From: Eledone cirrhosa
Taxonomy: Eukaryota
DNA: 64,000 nt
Direction of reading: 5' to 3'
Assembly (NCBI GenBank): GCA_964016885.1
Contig: OZ024740.1
Coordinates: 403,620,001 to 403,684,000, forward strand
The position numbers and the translations under genes are program-made. The notes under the pieces were generated by a model. The model did no database searches. It saw nothing but the letters and a program-made list of their open reading frames with translations, and was not told where the DNA came from. The first letter of the stretch is position 1. Each line of letters begins with the position of its first letter. Positions 53,500 to 64,000 of this stretch are shown one piece after another.

Positions 53500-55293
53500 A
53501 TGGCTACGAAAAGGAATTTTTATAGGTCACTCCCACTCATTCCGTCTTCTTCTTCCTCAATCGTCACTACAGCAGAGAGAAGATTGTCTCTCTCCCTCCC
53601 TTCTCTAAATGTGTCTCTTTCCCTCCCTTCTCTTTCGCAAGCGACGCCAGAAAAGAAAAATCACGTGCAAAGCGAGCAAGATTTCTCCACGACGACGACG
53701 ACAACGACGAAAAAGGTGTGCGGGAAATACGAAAACCCATTTCGTTCGTCTGACGTCAGGAATAATAGCAGTAGCAGCCGTAATAACAGCAGCAACAGTG
53801 ACAAGGACAACAACAGTAGCAGCCGCAACAGCATCAGCAGCAGCATAAACAACAACAGCATTAGCAGCAACAACAACAGCAGCAGCAGCAGCAACAACAA
53901 CAACCACAGCAGCTCTGACGGCGGCAGTAGTCGTAGTACCTGCAGCAACAACAAAAGTAACAGCAGCTCTGACGACAACAACAACAACAACAGCAGCAAA
54001 GAAAAACCAATCTCGTTTGCAGGTATCGCAAAGAACCTGGAAACCATCCTCATAACAAATGAGGAATTAGAGGAAGCGAAGAAGATGGTGACAAAAACCG
54101 GACACCGAGCAATCTGCAAGGCAGCGGAAAAATCTTTCGAAACCCAACAGCACTGTACGGTCACGTACCGTACAGTAAGTACAAAATCCCGTAGGGTTGA
54201 AAGAGCCACAGAGGCTCAAATACAAAAAGCCTTGGGGTCTGTGTGGCAGCGGAAAACGCACATCACCCGAGGCAAGAAATATACCACCGTAGACGTACTT
54301 TTTGCCACACCGCAGGAGGCAAAGGCTCACTCCTTAGTGACCCTAAGGAGCGAGGAAATGGTGTTGGTGCCCTCCTACTGCGGGCAAAAAATTGTGAGGG
54401 TCAAACTGACCCACGTCCCCCCCGGGATGGCCCCTTCTTGGATGGCCGCGTCTGTCCTTGTCGGAATCGAGGACAAAACAACTGTACTGCAAGTACAGAA
54501 AAAAGTAAGAGAAGATTGGGTCGGCACCTCCATTGAGATGTTAATCCAAACCAACCAGGAGTGCATCGAAGCTATCCCGGATGTGATAGACTTCGATAAC
54601 GGCACTCAACTGCCCATAAGTGTTGAGGGCAAACGCCCGAAATTCTTTCGCTGTGGATCGAAGACTCTCCTCAGGGCCTTCTGCAACGAGAAGACCCTGA
54701 GAAAGGAGAAAACCCCCCTCCTTCCGAAACCGGCTCCACGGCTACCAGCAACAGGACAAGCGGCAACCAGGAACGATGGGTCCGTGGCACCCATACCCAC
54801 GCCACGGAAATCAAAAACAGCAGCAGCAGTGGAAATATTAACAACAACAACAGCAATACCAAATGCAGCTGCAACAGAGACTCCAGTGCAAACATCACCA
54901 ACAACAACAAGTGAAAGAGTGGAGCTGGTACCCCTCCCCGACCTCACAGAATCAGACATGGAGTGTGAGGTGGGAGAGAGATGGCAAAAGGTCGTAAGAA
55001 GGCACAAACGCAGAAGCAGCGCATCGTCGCCTTTGAAAAGGGAGGAAAGAAATGAGAAAAGGGTAAAGTCTACTGCAAAGAGACCCACAGCAGCAACACC
55101 ACCAACACCATCACCACCCACACTAGCACCACCATCACCACCGGCGACAACCCCACCGCCAACAACACCTTCAACACCACCACCACAAGCACCAACATCG
55201 CAAACACAACAACAAAACACACACACCCAGCAACAACGACAAGAAAATAGCAGAACCACACCCCACCCCAGAAAAACAAATGCACGGCAATAA
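53500..55293 (+). CDS. Tx1-like ORF1 (Ser/Asn-rich N-terminus, gag-like core, degenerate zinc knuckle, Pro/Thr-rich tail)
   Basis: First ATG at 53500, open to 55293. Core is homologous to the copy A remnant. Confidence 0.85.
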   Translation: MATKRNFYRSLPLIPSSSSSIVTTAERRLSLSLPSLNVSLSLPSLSQATPEKKNHVQSEQDFSTTTTTTTKKVCGKYENPFRSSDVRNNSSSSRNNSSNSDKDNNSSSRNSISSSINNNSISSNNNSSSSSNNNNHSSSDGGSSRSTCSNNKSNSSSDDNNNNNSSKEKPISFAGIAKNLETILITNEELEEAKKMVTKTGHRAICKAAEKSFETQQHCTVTYRTVSTKSRRVERATEAQIQKALGSVWQRKTHITRGKKYTTVDVLFATPQEAKAHSLVTLRSEEMVLVPSYCGQKIVRVKLTHVPPGMAPSWMAASVLVGIEDKTTVLQVQKKVREDWVGTSIEMLIQTNQECIEAIPDVIDFDNGTQLPISVEGKRPKFFRCGSKTLLRAFCNEKTLRKEKTPLLPKPAPRLPATGQAATRNDGSVAPIPTPRKSKTAAAVEILTTTTAIPNAAATETPVQTSPTTTSERVELVPLPDLTESDMECEVGERWQKVVRRHKRRSSASSPLKREERNEKRVKSTAKRPTAATPPTPSPPTLAPPSPPATTPPPTTPSTPPPQAPTSQTQQQNTHTQQQRQENSRTTPHPRKTNARQ

Positions 55294-55474
55294 ATACACA
55301 CAAGAAACTAATGACTTACATAATTGAACACACAGACATTTCACAACACGACTAAATAATACCAGCACCAATCAAAACGCCAGACGATCAAGTGAAAAGG
55401 GATGTAAAAACCATCCCTCCTCTACGAAAAACACGGTAAGTGGTCTTTCCCATCTTTTCCACTCTATTTTAAAC

Positions 55475-58400
55475 ATGACCTCACTCAGAATAGGCAGCAT
55501 AAATGCGCGTGGCTTGGGGTCGTCATGGAAGCAGGGTCACCTGCTCAACGACCTCAGGTCACTAGACATAGATGTAGTGGCCATCAGCGAGACCACAATC
55601 TCCGAAGCAGGGGCCTTCGCACCGATCTTCGGCGGCTACGATGTGTACGCATCTCCCAGCCGTCCTGGATCGGGGGGACGAGTTGCTGTGCTTTTTCGGA
55701 GAGGTTTGGATCTTGCCATACGGGCCATCTTCCTGGACCCAGAGGGTAAGCTGGTGGTGCTGGACGTGACCAGCGGAGACGGGAAAGCTTTCAGGCTAGT
55801 GGCCGTCTATGCCCCGACAGGAGCAGGGCGGCCTGATTTCTTCCGACGTCTGGAGAACTTTCTTGGAACGTCCCGCTCTTTAGTGTTAGTGGGCGACTGG
55901 AACGGGATCTTAGATGCACGCTGGGACTGTGTGGGATTAGCGGATAGGGGTGGAGGGTGCAAGAGCCTCACCAACCTGCTCAGGCGTTTTGAACTGTCTG
56001 ACAGGTACCGATTGGATTTCCCGAATGTGCCAATGTGGACTTGGACAAATCGCATAGGGTCATCCAGATCATATCTAGATAGAGTATTTTGTAGGGAAAT
56101 AGATAGGTCTAGCATAGGCTGTCCACAATTCAAGATAGTCAGCTACACGGACCACAAATTCGTGATCTGTGTGCTTGACTTAGATAGGCTTCATAGACGA
56201 GGACCCGGCTACTGGAAGCTAAACGCGTCCTTACCAGCGCGCAAAGCCTACAGAGACCGGATTAGCGAACTAGTTAAGCGGGCGTTGACGGGGGCCATCG
56301 TCAACAACAAGTGGTGGTTTGCTCTGAAAAGAGCGATTAGAATAGAATCCATTAGGTTTAGTAAAGCTTTAGCAATAGAGAAAAATAGAGCAGAGGGAGA
56401 ACTAGTTAGAAAATTAGACGAGGCGCTTAGCAAAGGCATTGCGACCGACGTGCTTGCGGCGAAATTGGCCCTTGACCAATTCTTCAATGCAAAGCACGAA
56501 GGCTGCGTTGTCAGAGCAAGGGTGGGTGCTCTTAGACACGAGGGGACGAAAGCCGTTCAATGGGCCCGAGTGGCGGAGGCGCGTCGTGGCAACAAAGCCA
56601 ACACGATCCGGTCTTTGGTGGACCACGATGGGCGCACGCTACTCGATCCCGGGCAAATGTGTGAAGCTTTTCAGCGACACTTCGCTCAGCTGTTCGGGGG
56701 CAGCGGTGGGCCGGGTCGAGGGATGGACTTTAGTGCCTACCTCGACGGACTGCCGCGGCTCTCGGCCACTGAGGCGAAGTGTTGCGAAAAGCCGATAACA
56801 GCCGCTGAAGTAAGGGAGGCAATGACTGGCTGCACAAGGAGTAAATCGCCTGGTTTGGATGGTCTGCCCTATGAACTTTACGTACAGATGCCAGACTTGT
56901 TCGGAGGCCTCTTGGCGGACGTCTACTGCAACTGGCAACAGAACGGGAGAATTCCCAGTTCTGTGAGCCGAGGAGCGGTGGCACTGCTGAGAAAGGATCC
57001 GAACAAGGGGGATAACATAGATAATTTCCGGCCCATAACTCTACTAAACACAGAGTTCCATATTTTGGCCAAGGTGCTAGCAAAGAGGTTGGCGCTTGTC
57101 GTTGGTGGTCTGGTGGGAGAGGCGCAGACATGCGCCATTCCCGACAGATCCATCCACGACAACCTCCACCTCATGCGATACATCGTAGAGAGGGTAGCTA
57201 AGGAACCTGGCACGGGTGGGTCCTTGATCAATTTAGATCAGTCGAAAGCTTTCGATAGGGTCGACCATCGTTACCTGGCGGCAGTCCTGAGGGCGGCTGG
57301 CTTTGGGCCCGTCTTCAGAGGCTGGATCGCTGCCATGCACAGCGACATCTGCTCTGTGGTGAGAGTGAACGGTCACCTGTCGGAACCGTTCAACATCATG
57401 CGCTCGGTCCGCCAAGGATGTCCCTCTCGTCCCTCTTGTGCGTATTGACTCTCGAGCCATTACTTCACAAACTGGAGACGTTGAGGGGCGACCCGCGCGA
57501 ACTAGGATGCGGAAGATCCGTGTCAGCATATGCGGACGATGTCACCGTAGTGGTGTCGAACGCCAAACACATCGAGGCGATCGGCACTACACTAAGAGAA
57601 TACGAAGCGGTGACAGGAGCAATGATCAACCAGGAAAAGTCAGTGGGCCTGCAGCTCGGCAGCTGGAGAGGCAGGTCCATGCCGTCCAACAGCGTCGTCG
57701 GACGCTGGACGGACGGACCGGTTAAATTGCTAGGGGTCTGGTTCGGTCCGGACCTCCAGACGGACAAAAACTGGGACGAGGTGACGAGCAGGGTGGCTTC
57801 TCTCACCCAGAAATGGGCGGAGAGGAAGCTATCCCTGAAAGGTCGAGCGGAGGTGGCTAACGCGTACATCGCGTCTGTCATCTGCTACCGCCTGACCGTC
57901 GTACCTTGTCCTACGCCTCGCCTGACTGCGCTGGAGCGTTTGCTCTTTCGCTTTTTGTGGAAGGGACGCGCTCCGATGGTCAGGTGGTCCATCTGTTGTC
58001 AACACCCGCTACGTGGAGGGCTGGGCATGCCGTGGCTGATAATGCGCAGGCACGCGCTCAGGCTATGTTATTTCCACCTCTTCCTCGTCGGTGATCAGGT
58101 GTGGTCGCCGTTTGCTAGACACCTATTTCCCCAGCTCGTTTCCTTGACGGTGCTGCGGTCCTGGGTCAAGCGAAGACCGAGAGGGAGCGCCTGGAGACTG
58201 GAATGTCTTCAGGCGCTCACAGCCCTCGACCAATCGGGCAATGTGATCGGTGGAAACTCCACCTCGGCGTTCTATAGAGGATTAGTGGAGGGGAAGAGCG
58301 ACGACGTACTTGGGGAAACTCTAGGCGTCGACGAAAATCAACTAGCCAATCTCTTCGGAAGAACTTTCGGGCCAGGGCCTATGGACAACTTCCAGAAATC

Positions 58401-58896
58401 TCTGGCCTGGCAGTGCTACCGAGGAGCCTTGCCAGTTCGGGATAAACTCTACAGGCATGGAGGTGCAGTCAGCCGGGCATGTCCGAGATGCGCGCAGGGC
58501 GACGAAACCGTCCTGCACGCACTCGTCCAGTGTCCGAAAATTGCTGACTTGTGGGTTTATGTCGAACACCTGCTGTCGCGTTTAGGACGGATCCGGCTAT
58601 CATCTGAGTCCATCATGAGGATTGCCCCGCCCTCCTCCTTTAGCCGGGAAGGGCAGGCAGTTTTTATCTGTCTGGTGGCCATGGCGAAAGAGATAGTATG
58701 GTGGACACGTTTGAAAGGGCTGAAGACGAGCACTTACCTCTTCGGTGATGCTCTGATTGACTTTTTCAAATTTCATTTGAAAAGGAAAATCAGAGTAGAG
58801 AGGGAAGTGCTCTCTTCCCAGCATTTTGTTGAAAGATGGGTGAGAGAAGCAAGAATGGCCCGAGTGATTGGGCCTACTCTGAGTATATATCTGTAA
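55475..58896 (+). pseudogene. Tx1-like ORF2 (APE-RT-zf) with a single 1-nt deletion near 57422
   Basis: ORFs 55475-57448 and 57418-58896 join at QGCP|LSS. Copy A has tgtcccctctcg where copy B has tgtccctctcg. C-terminal CPRC...H...C. Confidence 0.92.
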
Positions 58897-59181
58897 ATTA
58901 AAGGTGGAAAACTGGGAGAGGGCACTTGCCTTGGTGGTCAGGGTCACTGTGGCCTTTTACTGGGCTTTCTCCACAAATGTCCCTCCGAAGTCTCCCCCCT
59001 ATTGGGGAATTTTTCATTGTTATTTTTTTGTTACATCCTCTGTTTTTGTTTTTTTACACGCAGAAATGCCCATTTGTACCGTACTGTATTGTCCTGCACT
59101 GTCCTTAATGTCTACTTTATGTAAACCCTTGTGGTTAATAAAGAAATCATTATTATTATTATTATTATTGTTATTGTTATT

Positions 59182-62100
59182 CCTTGAATCTCAGTCATTG
59201 ATGTTGGTTAACTGGAAAGTCCGTTGGATTGAATATCAAGCCACTACCTGCAGCCTCAGATATTCAGGACGTATCGGAGGGTACTTGCTGTTCCAAGCAA
59301 GCATGCCTTTTGAAGCGTTCCAAAAAGCGTGAAGGGGCCGATTTTCTTTAACCATCCCTGGAAACTTTTGGAGATAGTCCCCAGTGCGCCTATGACAATC
59401 GGGATCACTTTGACTTCATGGCAGTTCCAAATCCTTTTCATCTCCCACTTTAGGTCCTGGTATCGGTTAATTTTCTCCCTCTCCTTCTCTTGCACTCTCG
59501 TGTCGAACGGGCAGGCCACATCCACAATCAGGCACGATCTTTTTTCTTTGTCCACAACCACCAGGTCAGGTCTATTGTGTTCCAGTTTTTTGTCCGTCTG
59601 TATCCTAAAATCCCACAGCACCTTCACCTGATTGTTCTCCATCACCGCCTCTGGCCTATGCTCATACCATTTCTCAGAATGTGGTAGATTGTTTACTTTG
59701 CACAGGTGCCAGTGGATCACCCTGCCCATCACATCGTGTCTCCAGCCCTTATAGTGGGTCTGGGCTAGGTGTTTACACTCGGACACAATGTGAGCCACAG
59801 TCTCCTCTCTCTCTCCACAGATCCTGCACAGTGGGCTAGCCTCCTCCTTGTAGATATGGTGCTTCAACCACTTCGTTTTGAGGGCCTGCTCCTGCGCAGC
59901 CATTAGCATTCCTTCTGTAGCCTTTTTGAGGTCTCCTCTTCTCAACCAGTTCCATGTCTGTGGATCTCTAAATTCAGTTTTCTCAAAGAAGGTACTATGA
60001 AGGGATTTTCCCTTAAGGCTGCTCTTCCTCCTTGATGTTATTTCCTCCCTGGACATCCCCTGGCCTACTGTCCCCTCCTTCAGTACAGTTCTGAGCATTG
60101 GCTCCTTACTATAGGTCACGTATTTGTATAGGTTGTTTTTCTCCATCTGAACACAGTCCTCTATGCTGATAAGACCTCTTCCACCCTCAGATCTCCTTAG
60201 GTAGAGTCTATCGACATCACTCCTCTTGTGGAACATGTTGTAGATAGTCAATAGCTTCCTAGTCTTCCTATCCATTTCTTTTTGTTCAGCAACATTCCAT
60301 CTCAGAATTCCCGCGCTGTACCTAATAATAGACACAGCTCGGGAATTTACTGCGCTTATGGCATTTCTGCTGTTCAGATGTGACTTCAATACGCTCCTTA
60401 CTCTCCGAATGTATTCAGTTCTTAACAATTCCTTCATTTTTTTGTTCTTTATGCCATCAGCCTCCAGAACGCCCAAATACTTGTATCCTTCCTCAGAGTC
60501 AATTTCCTTTATCATCTCACCTGTTGGTATCTGGATCCCGTTACTTCTGCTCAACCTACCCCTCTTCATCACAATGACTCCACATTTACCAATACCAAAC
60601 TGCATACACATATCACTGCTGAAAATACGGACAGTGTCAACAAGCACATCCAACTCCTTCTCACTTTTCCCGAAGAGCTTAAGATCGTCCATGAAGAGGA
60701 GGTGATTGATGGTAAGCTCTCCCCTTCCCAACTTGTATCCTGCTCTCACTTTTCGCAGCATAATGGTCAAGGGCATCAGGGCAAGGACAAACAACAGAGG
60801 GGACAGGCTATCTCCCTGGAAGATACCTCTCTTGATCTTCACGCTTCCCAAGGATACTCCAGTTGATGTCAACTCTGTCTCCCAGGACCCCATACTCCTG
60901 CCTAGCAACTGTCTGATGTTATCCGCCACCCTGAAGATCTCCAGGGTTTTGGTGATCCAGGAATGAGGCACCATGTCAAATGCCTTTCTGTAGTCTATCC
61001 ATCCCATGGCAAGATCAGTGTGTCTCCTCCTGCAATTCCCCATTACCATCTTATCAATAAGCAACTGGTCCTTTGTACCACGTGACTTCTTTCGGCATCC
61101 TTTCTGTTCGTCCGGGAACAAGTTGTTTGTGTGGAGGTGATGGTAGATTTCCTCAGACACAATGCTCGTCAACAGTTTCCACATTACGGGCAGACATGTG
61201 ATAGGTCTATAGTTGGTAGCATCATTACCCTTGATTCGGTCTTTCATTATCAGAACTGTGGTACCTTTTGTCAACCACTCTGGCACCTCACCCGACACCA
61301 AGCAGTCATTGAACATGGCCGTCAGCTTCGGGTGGAGGGATGTTAGATGTTTAATCCAATACCCCTGCACACCATCTGGTGATTTCCAGTTGGTTAGTTT
61401 TTTGGCTTGCCCCTTTAGAGTTTCAACTGTGATACTCAAATCAGTCTGTTGCTGTGCTTGCTCACCGATCTCCCTCTGTACTGTCTCAATCCACCCTGCC
61501 TGGGCATTGTGTCTAACATCCTGCTCCCATATTCCTCTCCAGAATGTTTTAGTTTGTTCCGCCCCAGGGATCAAGTCATTGCCTCTTTCTTTGCTCTCAA
61601 GCTGTCCAAACAGCATCTTCTGGTTGTTGTCGAACATGCGGTTCTGTTTATACTGACTGACTCTGTTCTCGTATCGCCTGATTTTTGCACTCTTTGCTAC
61701 AATGCGTTGCTTCAATTCCTCTATGATAATATTTAGCTTTTTACTCCTAGTTTTGTATTTTATTTCCAGTCTATTTTTAGTGCCTATGTTTTTTAGTGTC
61801 CCATTCAGTAGTGACTCAAGCTTTCCTATGTCATTTCTCATTTCCCCGATTTGCCCACTCAGTCGCTTCTTCCACCACGGCTCTGCTCTTTCTTGTCTGT
61901 TGTTTCCTCTCGCTTTTATACCAAGTAGTTTCCTCACCGTATTTGCTGTTGCTCTGAGGATATTGTTGCACTGGTGAAGGCTCCTCGCCTCAAGGTATGG
62001 GATGACTTTGTTTACCTTAGCTGTTGTTTCTTTTAACTTTTTCCTGTCTACAAATCTTAGGTTCATAGGTCTCCCACTATCATTGTTCAATTCATCTACT

Positions 62101-63717
62101 ACTAAATTTAGGATGTCAACCGAATCTTGTCCTAGCCCGTCAGCATTCAACTCCTCAGTGGCCGTATCTCTGTTCCAGGTATTATTTATCTCAGTACTCA
62201 GATCATTGTCTGCTTCGGGTGGTTCCTCCGTTCTCAGGACCTCCTCACCTTCATTTCCCACCGGCTCGCTTGTCTGGCATACTACACCCGCCATCTCCAA
62301 GCCATTCTCTCTGCTCAGTTCCTCCAGTTCCAGCTCGCTTATCCACCCATTAGTTCTTATTACCCGAGCCTGCCCGGCCAATTTTTGTTCATCTAATTTA
62401 AATAAACCAATCTCGTTCCAGATGTTATGCATCCGTCTCCTGTAGCCCCTCTCCTTGGGGTTACTTTTCAGGTAGCATTGCATAACAGTTCTATTCAATT
62501 CTTTCGTCCAGTTGGTTCTGGCCCCTTTCCTTCTTCTCCTTCCTCCAACATCAGCAGTATTTGGTTGACAGTCAGGTTCCTGCTGCTGAGCCAGGGGGCA
62601 CCTGTTGGGTGAGAGTCTGTCACATGACGTTCTAGTCTCCATTTCACCGTTATTCGAACTGTTTATGTTCGATATTTAAACACTCTTATCGAGGATTGGC
62701 GAATGTATGTTTACATAGCCATCTGTGGATCCGCCATCCCACTTGGCCCTTGTGTGGCATTATCACCACGCTGTATACGAACACACATAAACAAACAAAC
62801 ACACAGGCAGAAAGGCCCCCAAAAATGAATAAGCATAAGTTTCATTGTAATGTAGTGTTCGAATGTCTGACTTAGTTTTAGTTTTTTAAGTTTTACTTTT
62901 TCCCCCCTCTTCTCTGTCCGTCCGCCTGCTTCTCTCTTCATTCTTATTTTCTTTACGTTTTTGGGGTTTCTTTTTTTTTTGTTTTTGTTTTTCTCTGTTT
63001 GTTTTTCTCGTTTTTTGCTGTTGTTGCTGTGCTGCTTTGGTTTTGTTGTTTGTTTTTTCTTTTTTCTTTTGAGTCTATCTATATATTTTGATGCCTTCCT
63101 CTTTGTTAGTAGTAGGAATTCTATAATGTGGAAGTAGCAGCCAGCAGGGGGAAGTGGGAGACTGGCGGCGTTAGCGATACTGAGACAGTGGTGGTGGTGA
63201 TGTCGATACCGAGGCAGTGGTGGCGGTGATGTGACCGTATTACTGTAGTGATGGTGCTGTAGCGGAGTCAAGGGGTGGTGGCGGCGGTGATGGGATAGTG
63301 GTGGTAATGATGGCCGTAGTGAGCGGTGGCGGTGAAGGTGAAAATGTGTCGTTATCTGGCTGTTGTGTTTAGTGTACACAGATGATGGGGTGGGTGGTGT
63401 ATCTAGTTTCTGGTGTTGGTGAGTTTAGCTGTCCTATATAGTGTAGCCAGAGGAGAGGAGGGGGGGGGGGGTTCTTCTTCCATTTATAGCCACTTTTTTT
63501 TTTTTGGATATACAGTGTACAATACAAAGTTGAATATTTGAATATTTGAGCCTTATAACAATATATTTTGGGTCCGAATTTTTGGGGGCTCAAGCCGGTT
63601 GCTTTACGTAGCATTTGTACTAAGAGTTGTTATTTCACAAATGGTTTAAATATGTTAAAAATTCAAAACTTACGGGAGCGATTTCATGACCTCCGTCACC
63701 TCGTGCGTCTTCTTCCC
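59182..63717 (-). mobile_element. R4/Dong-like element, inferred extent, flanked on both sides by (TAA)n
   Basis: Microsatellite at 59148-59181 and 63718-63758. The 5' ~1 kb assignment is inferred from the flanks only. Confidence 0.75.
59256..62642 (-). CDS. R4/Dong-clade non-LTR retrotransposon ORF: Myb-like N-terminus, RT, CCHC knuckle, restriction-like endonuclease (1128 aa, intact)
   Basis: WTKELN...GYRRRM; YRPITCLP, EQKG, IDYRKAFD, GIFQGDSLSP, LFMDD; CRIC...H...C, RHD, RPD...D...EK. Confidence 0.95.
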   Translation of the reverse strand: METRTSCDRLSPNRCPLAQQQEPDCQPNTADVGGRRRRKGARTNWTKELNRTVMQCYLKSNPKERGYRRRMHNIWNEIGLFKLDEQKLAGQARVIRTNGWISELELEELSRENGLEMAGVVCQTSEPVGNEGEEVLRTEEPPEADNDLSTEINNTWNRDTATEELNADGLGQDSVDILNLVVDELNNDSGRPMNLRFVDRKKLKETTAKVNKVIPYLEARSLHQCNNILRATANTVRKLLGIKARGNNRQERAEPWWKKRLSGQIGEMRNDIGKLESLLNGTLKNIGTKNRLEIKYKTRSKKLNIIIEELKQRIVAKSAKIRRYENRVSQYKQNRMFDNNQKMLFGQLESKERGNDLIPGAEQTKTFWRGIWEQDVRHNAQAGWIETVQREIGEQAQQQTDLSITVETLKGQAKKLTNWKSPDGVQGYWIKHLTSLHPKLTAMFNDCLVSGEVPEWLTKGTTVLIMKDRIKGNDATNYRPITCLPVMWKLLTSIVSEEIYHHLHTNNLFPDEQKGCRKKSRGTKDQLLIDKMVMGNCRRRHTDLAMGWIDYRKAFDMVPHSWITKTLEIFRVADNIRQLLGRSMGSWETELTSTGVSLGSVKIKRGIFQGDSLSPLLFVLALMPLTIMLRKVRAGYKLGRGELTINHLLFMDDLKLFGKSEKELDVLVDTVRIFSSDMCMQFGIGKCGVIVMKRGRLSRSNGIQIPTGEMIKEIDSEEGYKYLGVLEADGIKNKKMKELLRTEYIRRVRSVLKSHLNSRNAISAVNSRAVSIIRYSAGILRWNVAEQKEMDRKTRKLLTIYNMFHKRSDVDRLYLRRSEGGRGLISIEDCVQMEKNNLYKYVTYSKEPMLRTVLKEGTVGQGMSREEITSRRKSSLKGKSLHSTFFEKTEFRDPQTWNWLRRGDLKKATEGMLMAAQEQALKTKWLKHHIYKEEASPLCRICGEREETVAHIVSECKHLAQTHYKGWRHDVMGRVIHWHLCKVNNLPHSEKWYEHRPEAVMENNQVKVLWDFRIQTDKKLEHNRPDLVVVDKEKRSCLIVDVACPFDTRVQEKEREKINRYQDLKWEMKRIWNCHEVKVIPIVIGALGTISKSFQGWLKKIGPFTLFGTLQKACLLGTASTLRYVLNI

Positions 63718-63951
<234 letters not shown>

Positions 63952-64000
63952 TATTACCCACTCTACTACCCTAAGTATTGATTACTTTGGTGCGTTATGG

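Larger units (their letters stand above)
53285..59160 (+). mobile_element. Tx1-like LINE copy B, apparently full length
   Basis: 5' UTR, ORF1, ORF2, 3' UTR with aataaa and (ATT)n tail. Starts immediately after the tail of copy A. Confidence 0.95.

Noticed and set aside
59329-62612. Plus-strand ORFs antisense to the Dong ORF and minus-strand ORFs over the Tx1 copies
   Set aside because: Shadow ORFs of GC-richer coding sequence with no independent motifs.
62711-63379. 222-aa His/Pro/Lys-rich ORF
   Set aside because: Low-complexity sequence starting at GTG with no recognisable domain; treated as leader or decayed repeat.

Overview
This is AT-rich, microsatellite-dense animal genomic DNA. The SINE/LINE repertoire suggests a mollusc, most likely an octopod cephalopod (inference). 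Two convergent spliced genes can be assembled by hand. The first (+) is the 3' part of a Cys-rich tandem-repeat protein ending in a Pif/BMSP-type laminin-G domain (5 exons, 1651-16977). The second (-) is a complete 8-exon, 293-aa alpha-carbonic anhydrase with signal peptide and probable GPI signal (44228-29954), including a 15-nt micro-exon. The most striking non-coding structure is a 310-bp tandem array at about 5491-9190 in an intron of the first gene. It flips orientation at about 8041 and every unit carries a Penelope-type minimal hammerhead ribozyme (8 copies on -, 4 on +), i.e. a retrozyme/pLTR-like array. At least six more hammerheads of the same design are dispersed in the window, one in the 3' pLTR of a Penelope-like RT/GIY-YIG element (about 17968-20070). 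The right quarter is a ~15-kb stack of non-LTR retrotransposons (two Tx1-like, one intact R4/Dong-like) in an (ATT)n microsatellite. Also present are CRE-like LINE fragments, an internally deleted Tc1, a MITE, a hAT fossil and many tRNA-SINEs with TSDs. All calls were made by eye; no searches or folding programs were run.
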